This document shows, piece after piece, positions 25,587-33,682 of a stretch of 64,000 bases of DNA. Every line of letters begins with the position of its first letter. Within the stretch, counting starts at the first letter, position 1. Source of the stretch: Thermoanaerobaculia bacterium (GTDB taxonomy: Bacteria > Acidobacteriota > Thermoanaerobaculia > Gp7-AA8); the NCBI GenBank assembly GCA_036390755.1, contig DASWBH010000037.1, positions 2,185 to 66,184 on the forward strand. Reading direction: 5' to 3'. The position numbers and the translations under genes are program-made. The notes under the pieces are model-generated. The model did not search any database. It saw nothing but the letters and a program-made list of their open reading frames with translations, and was not told the origin of the DNA.

Positions 25587-26139
25587 GCATCGGATCCTCT
25601 GGCGGAGGCTCGATCGGCCCGGTCACGAGTACGCGGGGCTGCGTCGCGACGGGTCGAACTGGCTGCTCAGCGGCGTGGCGGTGTTCGTCGACGACAAACT
25701 GCCGTGTCGTCTCGAATACGCGGTCGTGTGCAATGAAGCGTGGGCGACGCTGCACGCGTCGGTGAACGGCTCCGTCGGCTCGCGCGAAGTCAGCGCCCAG
25801 GTCAGCGCGCGTCCCGACGGTGTGTGGCTGCTCAACCGTGAGCCGTGTCCGCAAGTCGCCGGCTGCACCGATATCGATCTCAATTTCAGCCCGTCGACGA
25901 ATCTGCTCCCGATCCGGCGGTTGAATCTTGCGACCGGTGAAGAGGCGCACGTTCGCGCGGCGTGGCTCCGCTTTCCGGGCTTCACGCTCGAGCCGCTCGA
26001 GCAGACGTACCGACGGCTGAGCGGGCGCATGTTTCGCTACGAGAGCGCGGCAGGAACATTCGTTGCGGAGCTCGAGGTGGGCGAATTGGGTCTGCCGTTG
26101 CGGTACGGAGACATCTGGTCGGCTGATGCGGTGCTCTGA
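25579..26139 (+). CDS. Hypothetical protein (186 aa)
   Basis: ORF whose ends overlap both neighbouring genes. Confidence 0.45.
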   Translation: MAEHRILWRRLDRPGHEYAGLRRDGSNWLLSGVAVFVDDKLPCRLEYAVVCNEAWATLHASVNGSVGSREVSAQVSARPDGVWLLNREPCPQVAGCTDIDLNFSPSTNLLPIRRLNLATGEEAHVRAAWLRFPGFTLEPLEQTYRRLSGRMFRYESAAGTFVAELEVGELGLPLRYGDIWSADAVL

Positions 26140-26615
26140 TGTTTAGAGAAGTGCAGCTGCCCGACGGCATCCGCGGCAAGCTGTTCCTCCACAGCATGCC
26201 CGGTCGTCTGGAGCGATTCGCCGCCGCGCGCACAGCGATCGCCGACAGCGAAGTGAAGCACGTGGTCTGCCTCACCCTCGATCGGGAGATTCGCGAGATG
26301 AGTCCCGACTACGCGGCGGCGATCGAGGCAGGTCCGCCGTGGCGTCACGTCGCGATTCCGGTGCCGGACGGCGGGATTCCGAGTGACGCGGAGTCGTTCC
26401 GCGAAGCGGCGCGCTCGATCGCCGCGTTGCTGAAGAACGGCGAGAACGTCCTCGTGCACTGCGCGGCCGGCATCGGTCGCACGGGCACGTTCGCCGCAGC
26501 GGTGTTGTGCCAGCTCGGCGTCGCGCTTCCAGATGCGCAGCGCATCGTGCGCGCTGCCGGTTCGTCGTCCGAAAGCGACGCGCAACGGCGCTTTCTGCGC
26601 TCGATTTGCGAGTAG
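26139..26615 (+). CDS. Dual-specificity / tyrosine protein phosphatase
   Basis: CX5R P-loop (VHCAAGIGRTG). Confidence 0.7.
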   Translation: MFREVQLPDGIRGKLFLHSMPGRLERFAAARTAIADSEVKHVVCLTLDREIREMSPDYAAAIEAGPPWRHVAIPVPDGGIPSDAESFREAARSIAALLKNGENVLVHCAAGIGRTGTFAAAVLCQLGVALPDAQRIVRAAGSSSESDAQRRFLRSICE

Positions 26616-26626
26616 GATATCGCCCG

Positions 26627-27010
26627 ATGTTCGACCGGATGAAGGGCTGGATCAAGGACAAGAGCGAGTGGAACGAGCAGCATCGCCGCAACTGGGACCG
26701 CGCCACGATCCCGGCCAGCGACGGCTTGAGCATGCTGCAGCGGCTGCTCGAGACGCGGCTGGCGATGTGGCTCGCTGACGACGGCTGCGAGGTCGTCGAC
26801 CGGCAGTTGCTGCAGAACCCCAAGGGCGAGTACGTCGTGCGCTACAAAGTCGTGCCGGTCGGCGTCGACGTCTGGGTGTTCAACGCTGGCGTTCAGGCCG
26901 GGATCGGCGAACCCGAGCTGAAGCTCCACGACGGCGATGCGATCAGCCCCGACGAGCTCGCGAAGATGGTCGTGGACTTCGTGAAGAGCAAGCTGCCTCC
27001 GCGCGCGTAA
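26627..27010 (+). CDS. Hypothetical protein (127 aa)
   Basis: Internal ATG at 26627 chosen; the upstream extension is Arg-rich and overlaps the phosphatase gene. Confidence 0.45.
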   Translation: MFDRMKGWIKDKSEWNEQHRRNWDRATIPASDGLSMLQRLLETRLAMWLADDGCEVVDRQLLQNPKGEYVVRYKVVPVGVDVWVFNAGVQAGIGEPELKLHDGDAISPDELAKMVVDFVKSKLPPRA

Positions 27011-27014
27011 CGGG

Positions 27015-27566
27015 ATGGCCGGCCGGTTCTTTTCGTTTGTCGGCGGCGACGGAGGCGCGTGGCGAGTGACGCGAATGGCCGCGATCACCGGCCAGAGTCT
27101 CGAGCGCGTCGAACGGCTCCACGTCGTCGAGAAGCGGCTGGAGAGTCCGCCCGCGAACGCAGAATGGGTCCTCCGCGGCGTCACCAGCTACGAACGCTAC
27201 GTGACGGCGGCGGAGCAACAGCAACTTCGCGCCAGGCAGCCGCCCGTCGGCCGGCCTGAGGCCACTCGCGCGGCGCTGATTCCCATACGCAAATCGGACG
27301 AGTGGTGGCAATTGCCGCACGACGAACGCCGGCGCATCTTCGAAGATCGATCCGCGCACATCGCGACAGGGCTCCGGTATCTGCCTGCCGTCGCGCGCCG
27401 CCTGCATCACGGCTACGAGCTCGGCGAGCCGTTCGATTTCCTGACATGGTTCGAGTTCGCGCCGGGCGATGCGCACGCCTTCGAAGAGCTCGTCGGAGAG
27501 TTGCGGCGCACGGAGGAGTGGCGCTTCGTGATTCGCGAGGTCGATGTGAGAGTGGAGCGCGACTGA
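27015..27566 (+). CDS. Chlorite-dismutase-like (Cld/HemQ-family) protein
   Basis: IPIRKSDEWWQLPHDERRRIF...DFLTWFEF resembles short Cld-family proteins (assigned from memory of the family). Confidence 0.45.
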   Translation: MAGRFFSFVGGDGGAWRVTRMAAITGQSLERVERLHVVEKRLESPPANAEWVLRGVTSYERYVTAAEQQQLRARQPPVGRPEATRAALIPIRKSDEWWQLPHDERRRIFEDRSAHIATGLRYLPAVARRLHHGYELGEPFDFLTWFEFAPGDAHAFEELVGELRRTEEWRFVIREVDVRVERD

Positions 27567-27570
27567 GGAC

Positions 27571-28233
27571 TCACGATGCCCCCAGCGTCTCCAGAAATCC
27601 GCGAGCTGCGTGGTCGAGTGTCGGATTCGTCTGCGCGCCGACGCCGCCGGCCTCGACCACCAGCACGTGCGGCGACTCGACCGAATCGGGCGACTTCTCG
27701 TGCCGCTCGAGCCCGCGCAGCTCCTCGTGGCGGCTGTTGCCGTAGGTGAGGAATCGAACGTCGGCGAAGCCGGCGCGTCGCAGCAGCGCCGCGAGCGTCG
27801 TCGCGTTGAACAGAAACTGATGACCCCACCCGCGGAACGACGTGTTCAGAGCGAAGCAGTTCCGGATCGCGTCGTTCGCGCCGTACTGCGTCGCCACGAC
27901 CCAGTCGAGATTCGGCGTCGACAGACGCAGCACGCCGTCGTCCGCCAGTGCGCTCCGGCAATCGCGCAGAAATCGCTCGCACTCCCAGTACGGCAGATGC
28001 TCGATGAAGTGCTCGGCGAAGACAAAGCGCAGATCGTGAAACGGAAGCCCGTCGCGGACGTCGAGCACGTAGTCGACGCCCCGGTAACGCCGCACGTCGA
28101 TGTTGATCCAGCCGTCGAGATGTACGGGACCGCAGCCGACGTGCAGCTTGCCGCCGGGAGGCAGCCGGCGGCATCGCCACGCGTTGTACGACTTTCTCGC
28201 TGTGCGCCACCAGTGGCGGAGGATGCCGGTCAT
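27571..28233 (-). CDS. SAM-dependent methyltransferase
   Basis: Methyltransferase-11-like fold (LHVGCGPVHLDGWINIDV). Its start forms an ATGA overlap with the hydrolase stop. Confidence 0.65.
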   Translation of the reverse strand: MTGILRHWWRTARKSYNAWRCRRLPPGGKLHVGCGPVHLDGWINIDVRRYRGVDYVLDVRDGLPFHDLRFVFAEHFIEHLPYWECERFLRDCRSALADDGVLRLSTPNLDWVVATQYGANDAIRNCFALNTSFRGWGHQFLFNATTLAALLRRAGFADVRFLTYGNSRHEELRGLERHEKSPDSVESPHVLVVEAGGVGAQTNPTLDHAARGFLETLGAS

Positions 28234-29051
28234 TTCGCCGCGGCCGTTTTGATGAAGCGCGTGACGGTGTCGTAGTAGCGCTGCTGCTCGGCGTTCGCCA
28301 GCTCGCAATGGCCGGCCGTCTCGCTGACGAGCAGCTCCTTCGGCACGCGCAGCTGCTGATAGAGCGACATGCCGAGCTTGAACGGGATCACCTGGTCGGG
28401 CTTGCCGTGCATGACCAGCACCGGCGCGCCGGCGGCGTTGAGCCAGCGAGCGGTCGTGAGCGCGAGCGGCGCCGTCCAGCCGAGGGGAATCGGCGCGTAC
28501 AGCGCGTTGCCGAGCTCGGCGAGCGAGGGGAACGAATTCTCGATCACCACGCTTTGCGCGCCGCGCTCCTTCGCCACGTACGCGGCATACGGGCCGCCGA
28601 GGGATTCGCCGTAAAGACTGATGTCGGAGGTCAGCTTGCGCGCGTGGTCATACGCGGCGATCGCGTCGATGAACAGCGCGTTCTCAGCCGGTATGCCGTC
28701 GCTCTTGCCGTAGCCGCGCCAGTCGAACAGCAGCACCGAGATGCCGCGCGCCGCCAGGTTCGCCGCGATCGGCCCGCGCTCTCCGATGTTGCCGCCGTTG
28801 CCGTGGAAGTAGACGAGCAGCGGCGCGTTCGCGTCGCGTGACCGAAACAGCCACGCGTTGAGCCGGACTCCGTCCCGCGTCGTGATCCATTGCTCTTCCG
28901 GCTGCACCGCGAATGACGACGTGTCCCAGAATCCTTCCGGATACCGCAGCGGGAAAAACATCGATCCGCGGCGGACGTGCTGGGCGAAGAAGTAGAGCGC
29001 GACGGCTGCGACGACGGCGACGACGGCAGCGGTCGCGAGGAGGCGGATCAC
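28230..29051 (-). CDS. Membrane-anchored alpha/beta hydrolase
   Basis: N-terminal TM segment, HGNGGN oxyanion region, GESLGG nucleophile elbow. ATGA overlap with the actin-like gene. Confidence 0.7.
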   Translation of the reverse strand: MIRLLATAAVVAVVAAVALYFFAQHVRRGSMFFPLRYPEGFWDTSSFAVQPEEQWITTRDGVRLNAWLFRSRDANAPLLVYFHGNGGNIGERGPIAANLAARGISVLLFDWRGYGKSDGIPAENALFIDAIAAYDHARKLTSDISLYGESLGGPYAAYVAKERGAQSVVIENSFPSLAELGNALYAPIPLGWTAPLALTTARWLNAAGAPVLVMHGKPDQVIPFKLGMSLYQQLRVPKELLVSETAGHCELANAEQQRYYDTVTRFIKTAAAK

Positions 29052-30082
29052 GCCGATAGTTTTTCCCAGTCTGTCTCCGGCGCGTCAAGGGCCAGCGCGA
29101 GACCGCCGTCGGATCCGACGAACACGGGATCCTCCATGTACGTCACGCGTCCGCCGCCGACTTCGCGGAGCGCGGCTTCGAGCGCCTGCGGCAGATTGCG
29201 AATCAGTCCGCCGCCGCCCGACAGGATGATGTTGTTGCGCACCTTCTCCTGGAACTCCGGTTCCACGCGCGAGAGCAGGTCCAGCATCGTCTCGATCGTC
29301 GGAGCGAGGAGGGTCTCGCACGCCGCTTTGAGCTCGTCGGTGATGTCGAGCTCCGTCGGTACGCCCTTCACCGGCGCCGTCACGACCGCGCGCCGGCCCG
29401 GATCGCCGACGAAGCTGAACTTCTCCTTCCACTCGCGCACCATGAAGATCGTGACGTTCGCCTGCGGGAAGCGCTCCTCGATGAGCCCCAGCAGGTGCGC
29501 ATCGATCGAGTCGCCGGCGATCGTCAGCGTCCGCTGGTCCTCTTCGGTCGGATAGCGGCCCTTCATGACGCAGAAGTCGGTGGTGCCCGCGCCGATGTCG
29601 ACGATCATCGTGTTGAGCAGCGCGTCGAGTCCGTACGCGACGGCGAACGGCTCCGAGACGATCATCAGACTGTCGACGATCCCTTTCATCGAATTGCGCA
29701 GGTACTGCTTGTTCGTGCGCAGCGCCGCGGCGGGTACGCCGACGACCGCCCGCACGTTCGACGTACGCGCCTTGCCGTTCGCGTTCACGCCGACGAGTCC
29801 GAGCAGATGCCGGAGCAGCTCGCGGACCGCTTCGACATCCTTTTCCGATCCTTCCTTGAGCAGGCCGCGCTCGAGAGGCCGATGGAGGTCGAGCATGGTC
29901 CGGTTCGACACGGCTTCGTGTCCGATGAGCACCTGGCGTTTGAGGACTTTCTTCGCGACCATGTCCACGGGCCATCCGACGAAGCTGTCGACGACGAAGC
30001 GCTCGCCGTTCGACGCGGAGATTGCGCTCCGCGAGGTGCCGAGGTCGATGCCGACGTGAAGAAGCTCGGAGGGTGCGGACAT
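29048..30082 (-). CDS. Actin-like ATPase, MamK family
   Basis: The MamK motif set is shared across the whole protein, and the sequence is closer to MamK than to MreB or ParM. Motifs: phosphate-1 GIDLGTS, connect-1, VSEPFAVAYGLD, IVDIGAGTTD, KEKFSFVG, ILSGGGG. Confidence 0.8.
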   Translation of the reverse strand: MSAPSELLHVGIDLGTSRSAISASNGERFVVDSFVGWPVDMVAKKVLKRQVLIGHEAVSNRTMLDLHRPLERGLLKEGSEKDVEAVRELLRHLLGLVGVNANGKARTSNVRAVVGVPAAALRTNKQYLRNSMKGIVDSLMIVSEPFAVAYGLDALLNTMIVDIGAGTTDFCVMKGRYPTEEDQRTLTIAGDSIDAHLLGLIEERFPQANVTIFMVREWKEKFSFVGDPGRRAVVTAPVKGVPTELDITDELKAACETLLAPTIETMLDLLSRVEPEFQEKVRNNIILSGGGGLIRNLPQALEAALREVGGGRVTYMEDPVFVGSDGGLALALDAPETDWEKLSA

Positions 30083-30084
30083 CG

Positions 30085-31107
30085 TCAGGTTCCTTTCTTT
30101 CGGGGCGACTCCGCCGCTCCCGCGTACGCTCGAATCCCTTCGAACAACGCCTCGGCGATCTTCTGCCGGTAGTCGGCTTTGCCGAGCATGGCCGCTTCTT
30201 TCTGGTTCGAGAGGCAGCCGATTTCGGCGAGGATTGCCGGCATCTCGGTCGCGACGAGCACGACGAACGGTGCGCGCTTCACGCCCCAGTTCTCGAGGCC
30301 GGGGTCGTTCGCGCGGAGCTGCCCGAAGAGCCGCTGCTGCACGGTACGGGCGAGCTGCCGCGACTCGTCGCGCCGCGCGTCCGCGTAAATGCCGTCGAGC
30401 AGCTTGCGCAGATCGGCCATCGAATAGCCGGACATGCTGTTCTCGTCGGCGGCGAGTTTAGTCAGCGACGGATCGTCGGTCGGGCCGAGGTAGTAGGTCT
30501 CGACGCCGTGCGACGCGGTGTGGTTGACGATCGAGTTGACGTGGATCGAAACGAAGACGTCGCTGCGCGATTCGTTGGCCAGACGCGCGCGATCGCGGAG
30601 GCGGATGGTGCGGTCGTCGCCGCGCGTGACGATGACTTCGAAGCCGCCGCGCTCGAGGATTCGCTTCAGGCGGCGGCCGACGTCGAGCGTCACGAATTTT
30701 TCCTCGAGGCCGAGCGCGGAGGCACCGGGATCGGTCCCGCCGTGGCCCGCATCGAGAACGACGCGGCGGACGGCCAGGGGGAAGGCCGAGGCGGCGACGC
30801 GCTGGAGGGGATCGGGCGTCGCGATGACTTCGGGCGTCGCGGCAGCCAGCGCGTGCACGGGCGCGGGAGACGGCTGCGCCGGAGGTGCGGGTGAGGGCGT
30901 GGCCTGATTCGCGACGAAATACGTCGAGCCGGCGAGCGCGAAGGCGATCAGCACGGGAGCGCGCCGCAGCCACACGTTCAGCAGCCGCTTCGGCCTTTGG
31001 AGCGACCGAGGCGGCAAGCCGCGAATGGTGGCGACGTTCTCCGCGATGGCCTGTTTCAGCAGGCGCCGCCGCATTCGTTCGATTCTGTCCGCGCTCATTC
31101 CGCTCAC
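30085..31107 (-). CDS. N-acetylmuramoyl-L-alanine amidase (Amidase_3), bitopic
   Basis: About 45-aa cytoplasmic tail, one TM helix, and a periplasmic Amidase_3 catalytic domain (VVLDAGHGG...SIHVNS...YYLG). Confidence 0.85.
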   Translation of the reverse strand: MSGMSADRIERMRRRLLKQAIAENVATIRGLPPRSLQRPKRLLNVWLRRAPVLIAFALAGSTYFVANQATPSPAPPAQPSPAPVHALAAATPEVIATPDPLQRVAASAFPLAVRRVVLDAGHGGTDPGASALGLEEKFVTLDVGRRLKRILERGGFEVIVTRGDDRTIRLRDRARLANESRSDVFVSIHVNSIVNHTASHGVETYYLGPTDDPSLTKLAADENSMSGYSMADLRKLLDGIYADARRDESRQLARTVQQRLFGQLRANDPGLENWGVKRAPFVVLVATEMPAILAEIGCLSNQKEAAMLGKADYRQKIAEALFEGIRAYAGAAESPRKKGT

Positions 31108-31177
31108 CCGATCGACGATTTGACGTCAACGATTCTAACTCGGCCGCTAGAATGCCCCGCGAAAGGAGTCATCCGAG

Positions 31178-31393
31178 ATGGCGGACAACAGAGTCTACAA
31201 ACTGGTCGAGCTCGTCGGCACGTCGGAGAAAGGCTTCGCCGAGGCGGTCGCGACGGGCGTCAAACGCGCGGCGAAAACGCTCCGCAACATGGACTGGTTC
31301 GAGGTCACCGAGCTGCGGGGCCGGGTCACCGGGAACAAGGTCGCGCAGTATCAGGTGAAGCTGAAGGTCGGGTTCCGGCTCGACGACGAGTAG
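31178..31393 (+). CDS. Dodecin (flavin-binding)
   Basis: 71 aa, strongly dodecin-like (VELVGTS...W(F)EV...KV.F). AAAGGAG RBS. Confidence 0.8.
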   Translation: MADNRVYKLVELVGTSEKGFAEAVATGVKRAAKTLRNMDWFEVTELRGRVTGNKVAQYQVKLKVGFRLDDE

Positions 31394-32489
31394 GCGAAGG
31401 GTTGTCGGTTATCGGTGCTGACGACCGATAACCGACAACCGACAACTCACTCCGGTTTCGCGAACTCCTTCTCGTGGTCTTCGCGTTCAATCTGATCTCG
31501 CTGTATGTCCGGGTCGCTCCGGCACGCGGATCGACCGTAACGACCTTGACGACGAACGGCAGCTTCATGCCGTCGACTTCGCGATAGTCCGAAAAGTCGG
31601 TCTGCTGCGGAATGAGACCGATGGGTGTCGGCGTCAGGCGGATGCGGCGAACGAGCAGACCGGTTTCCGCGTCGAAGTAGAGTCGCTCGCGTCCGTTCTC
31701 GCCGAATCGGGCAACCATCAGATAAGCGTCGCGATCGCCGACCTTCGTCAGCAGGTGCACGCGAGCATTGGCCGGGATGTCGTTCGGAAGCGTCGGCCGG
31801 TACGCGTTGGCGATCATCGTGGCGGTCTCGATCTGATTCGGCTCCATCGCGCGCGTGCCTTTTGCGTCGCGCACCCATCCGCTGCTGCCGTCGATGACGT
31901 TCACCATCTCGCCTTGCGGAGTCATTCCGGTTGCGCGCATCCTGCCCGGCGCGATCACGACGTCGATGGGTGTCTTTCCCTGCTGCGCCTCGCGCACGCC
32001 CTTCAGTTCCATGGTCGCGAGCGCTTTCTCGTTGAGGTTGCCCAGCGCTTTCGCATAGCGCGCGACGACTTCATCGCGCGTCGGCAGCGGCGGCTTCGGT
32101 GCGGCCTGTGCCTCCGCGGGCCGTGGCACGAGCGCGATCGGCAGCACCGGAACGCTGACGGGGTTCGGCGCACCGCGGTGGCAGGTTTCGCACGAGACCT
32201 CCGTCTGTCCTTTGAAGTACTTCACGTTCGTGTCGATGACGAGCTGCATCATCTGACGTGCAGTCTTCTTCTCGTCCTTGGCGTCGTTCGGGAGATCGAG
32301 CTCGCCGTTCGCGGCGCGCACGTGGCAGAAATCGCAAGTGACACCGAGCGAGGCGGAGATGAACTGCATCGCCCGAAACAGCTGACCGGGCGTCAGGCCC
32401 TTCAGCACCTGCACGTTTTTCAGCTCCTGCTGGCCAGCAGCAGTGGTCGCGATCAGCGCGAGTGTCACAGCAAACGTCATTCGCTTCAT
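31326..32489 (-). CDS. Diheme c-type cytochrome domain protein (3' end uncertain)
   Basis: Signal peptide; two CxxCH motifs (CDFCH, CETCH) followed by a C-terminal domain. The ORF runs through the 31400-31446 hairpin and overlaps dodecin by 68 nt; an alternative frame stops at 31447. Confidence 0.55.
   Translation of the reverse strand: MKRMTFAVTLALIATTAAGQQELKNVQVLKGLTPGQLFRAMQFISASLGVTCDFCHVRAANGELDLPNDAKDEKKTARQMMQLVIDTNVKYFKGQTEVSCETCHRGAPNPVSVPVLPIALVPRPAEAQAAPKPPLPTRDEVVARYAKALGNLNEKALATMELKGVREAQQGKTPIDVVIAPGRMRATGMTPQGEMVNVIDGSSGWVRDAKGTRAMEPNQIETATMIANAYRPTLPNDIPANARVHLLTKVGDRDAYLMVARFGENGRERLYFDAETGLLVRRIRLTPTPIGLIPQQTDFSDYREVDGMKLPFVVKVVTVDPRAGATRTYSEIRLNAKTTRRSSRNRSELSVVGYRSSAPITDNPSPTRRRAGTRPSASPDTARPCSR
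31400..31446. terminator. Perfect 16-bp heptamer-built hairpin
   Basis: GGTTGTCGGTTATCGG-tgctgacga-CCGATAACCGACAACC, plus an extra GACAAC unit. Confidence 0.6.
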
Positions 32490-32554
32490 CGAGGCTCCTT
32501 TCCGGGGAGGCGATCTTAGCTTTTGCGGCGCCGGTCATGCATTACTCGACATGA

Positions 32555-33682
32555 ATGCGCGAGCCGGTGACGAGCGAGATGGAGCTTCACATTCCGTTCC
32601 TCACGATGCTGAAGGTCGCGCTGTTCCTTCTCCTCGTCTTCCTGACGATCAAGATCGTTCCGCTGATCGCGATCATCTACGTCGCGGCAATGGTCGCGGT
32701 GGTGATCTCGGCGGCCGCCGGCTGGATGGAGCGGCATCGCGTCCGGCGCAGCTTCGGGCTGACGCTGGTCGCGGCGTCGATCTTCGTCCTGGTTCTGCTG
32801 TTCCTGTTCGTCGTGGTTCCCTCGATGTTTGCCCAGGTGCGGCAGATCATCGCCGACCTGCCGCGCATCGCGCAGCGTCTCGAACGTGAATTGCCGGCGG
32901 CTGCGCCGTATATCCGCAGCATCACAGCTCAGGCGAAATCGCCGCCGAATTCCGGGAATCTGAGGGATTGGCTGGCGCGCGGAGCGATCGCCGGCTGGTA
33001 CGCGGTCGAGGCGATCGCGGCGATTTTCATGACGCTCGTCATGGCCGTGTACTTCGCGCTGCAGGGGAAGAAGGCGCTGGCGTGGCTGTTCAGTTTTGCG
33101 CCGATGGAGAAGCGGCGAAAACTCGTGCAGACGGCCGAGGAGGTCGAGCCGGTGATGCTGGCGTACATGCGCGGGCAGCTGATCACGTCGTCGCTCGCCG
33201 CGGCCGTTGCGCTGGTGACTGCGCTGGCGCTGCACCTGCCGGCGGCGATCCCTCTCGCCTTTCTCGCCTTCGTCGGCGACTTCGTCCCGGTCCTCGGTTT
33301 CATCTCTGCGGTCGTCCCCGCCGTCCTGCTCGCGCTGCTGCGCTCTCCGCTTTCGGCGCTGATCGTGATTGCAGCGTACGCGGCCTATCACGTCGTCGAG
33401 AACTACTACGTCGTTCCGATCGTCTACGGATCGTCGATGCGGCTGTCGAGTCTGGCCGTCCTGCTGACGGTCGCAACCGGCGGAATGATTGCCGGGCCGG
33501 CCGGCGCCGTTCTCGTTCTGCCGATCGCGGCGGCGTATCCGCCGATCGAGCGCATCTGGCTCAGCTCGCGTCTCGCGCCGGACACGATTCGCAAGCACGA
33601 CGCGATCGAAGGCGACGACGAGGAGCGCGCCGACGCCGTTGCGGAAGACGTGTTGAGGGCGGACGAGCGGCGCCGGAGATGA
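32555..33682 (+). CDS. AI-2E family transporter (UPF0118/PerM-like)
   Basis: Eight predicted TM helices with AI-2E family organisation. Confidence 0.75.
   Translation: MREPVTSEMELHIPFLTMLKVALFLLLVFLTIKIVPLIAIIYVAAMVAVVISAAAGWMERHRVRRSFGLTLVAASIFVLVLLFLFVVVPSMFAQVRQIIADLPRIAQRLERELPAAAPYIRSITAQAKSPPNSGNLRDWLARGAIAGWYAVEAIAAIFMTLVMAVYFALQGKKALAWLFSFAPMEKRRKLVQTAEEVEPVMLAYMRGQLITSSLAAAVALVTALALHLPAAIPLAFLAFVGDFVPVLGFISAVVPAVLLALLRSPLSALIVIAAYAAYHVVENYYVVPIVYGSSMRLSSLAVLLTVATGGMIAGPAGAVLVLPIAAAYPPIERIWLSSRLAPDTIRKHDAIEGDDEERADAVAEDVLRADERRRR

Noticed and set aside
29048-30082. A magnetosome gene island implied by the MamK-like gene.
   Set aside because: No mamA/B/E/I/L/M/O/P/Q, mms or CDF-transporter genes are present anywhere in the 64 kb. 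The neighbours are an amidase, a hydrolase and a methyltransferase, so the protein was called a MamK-family actin only.
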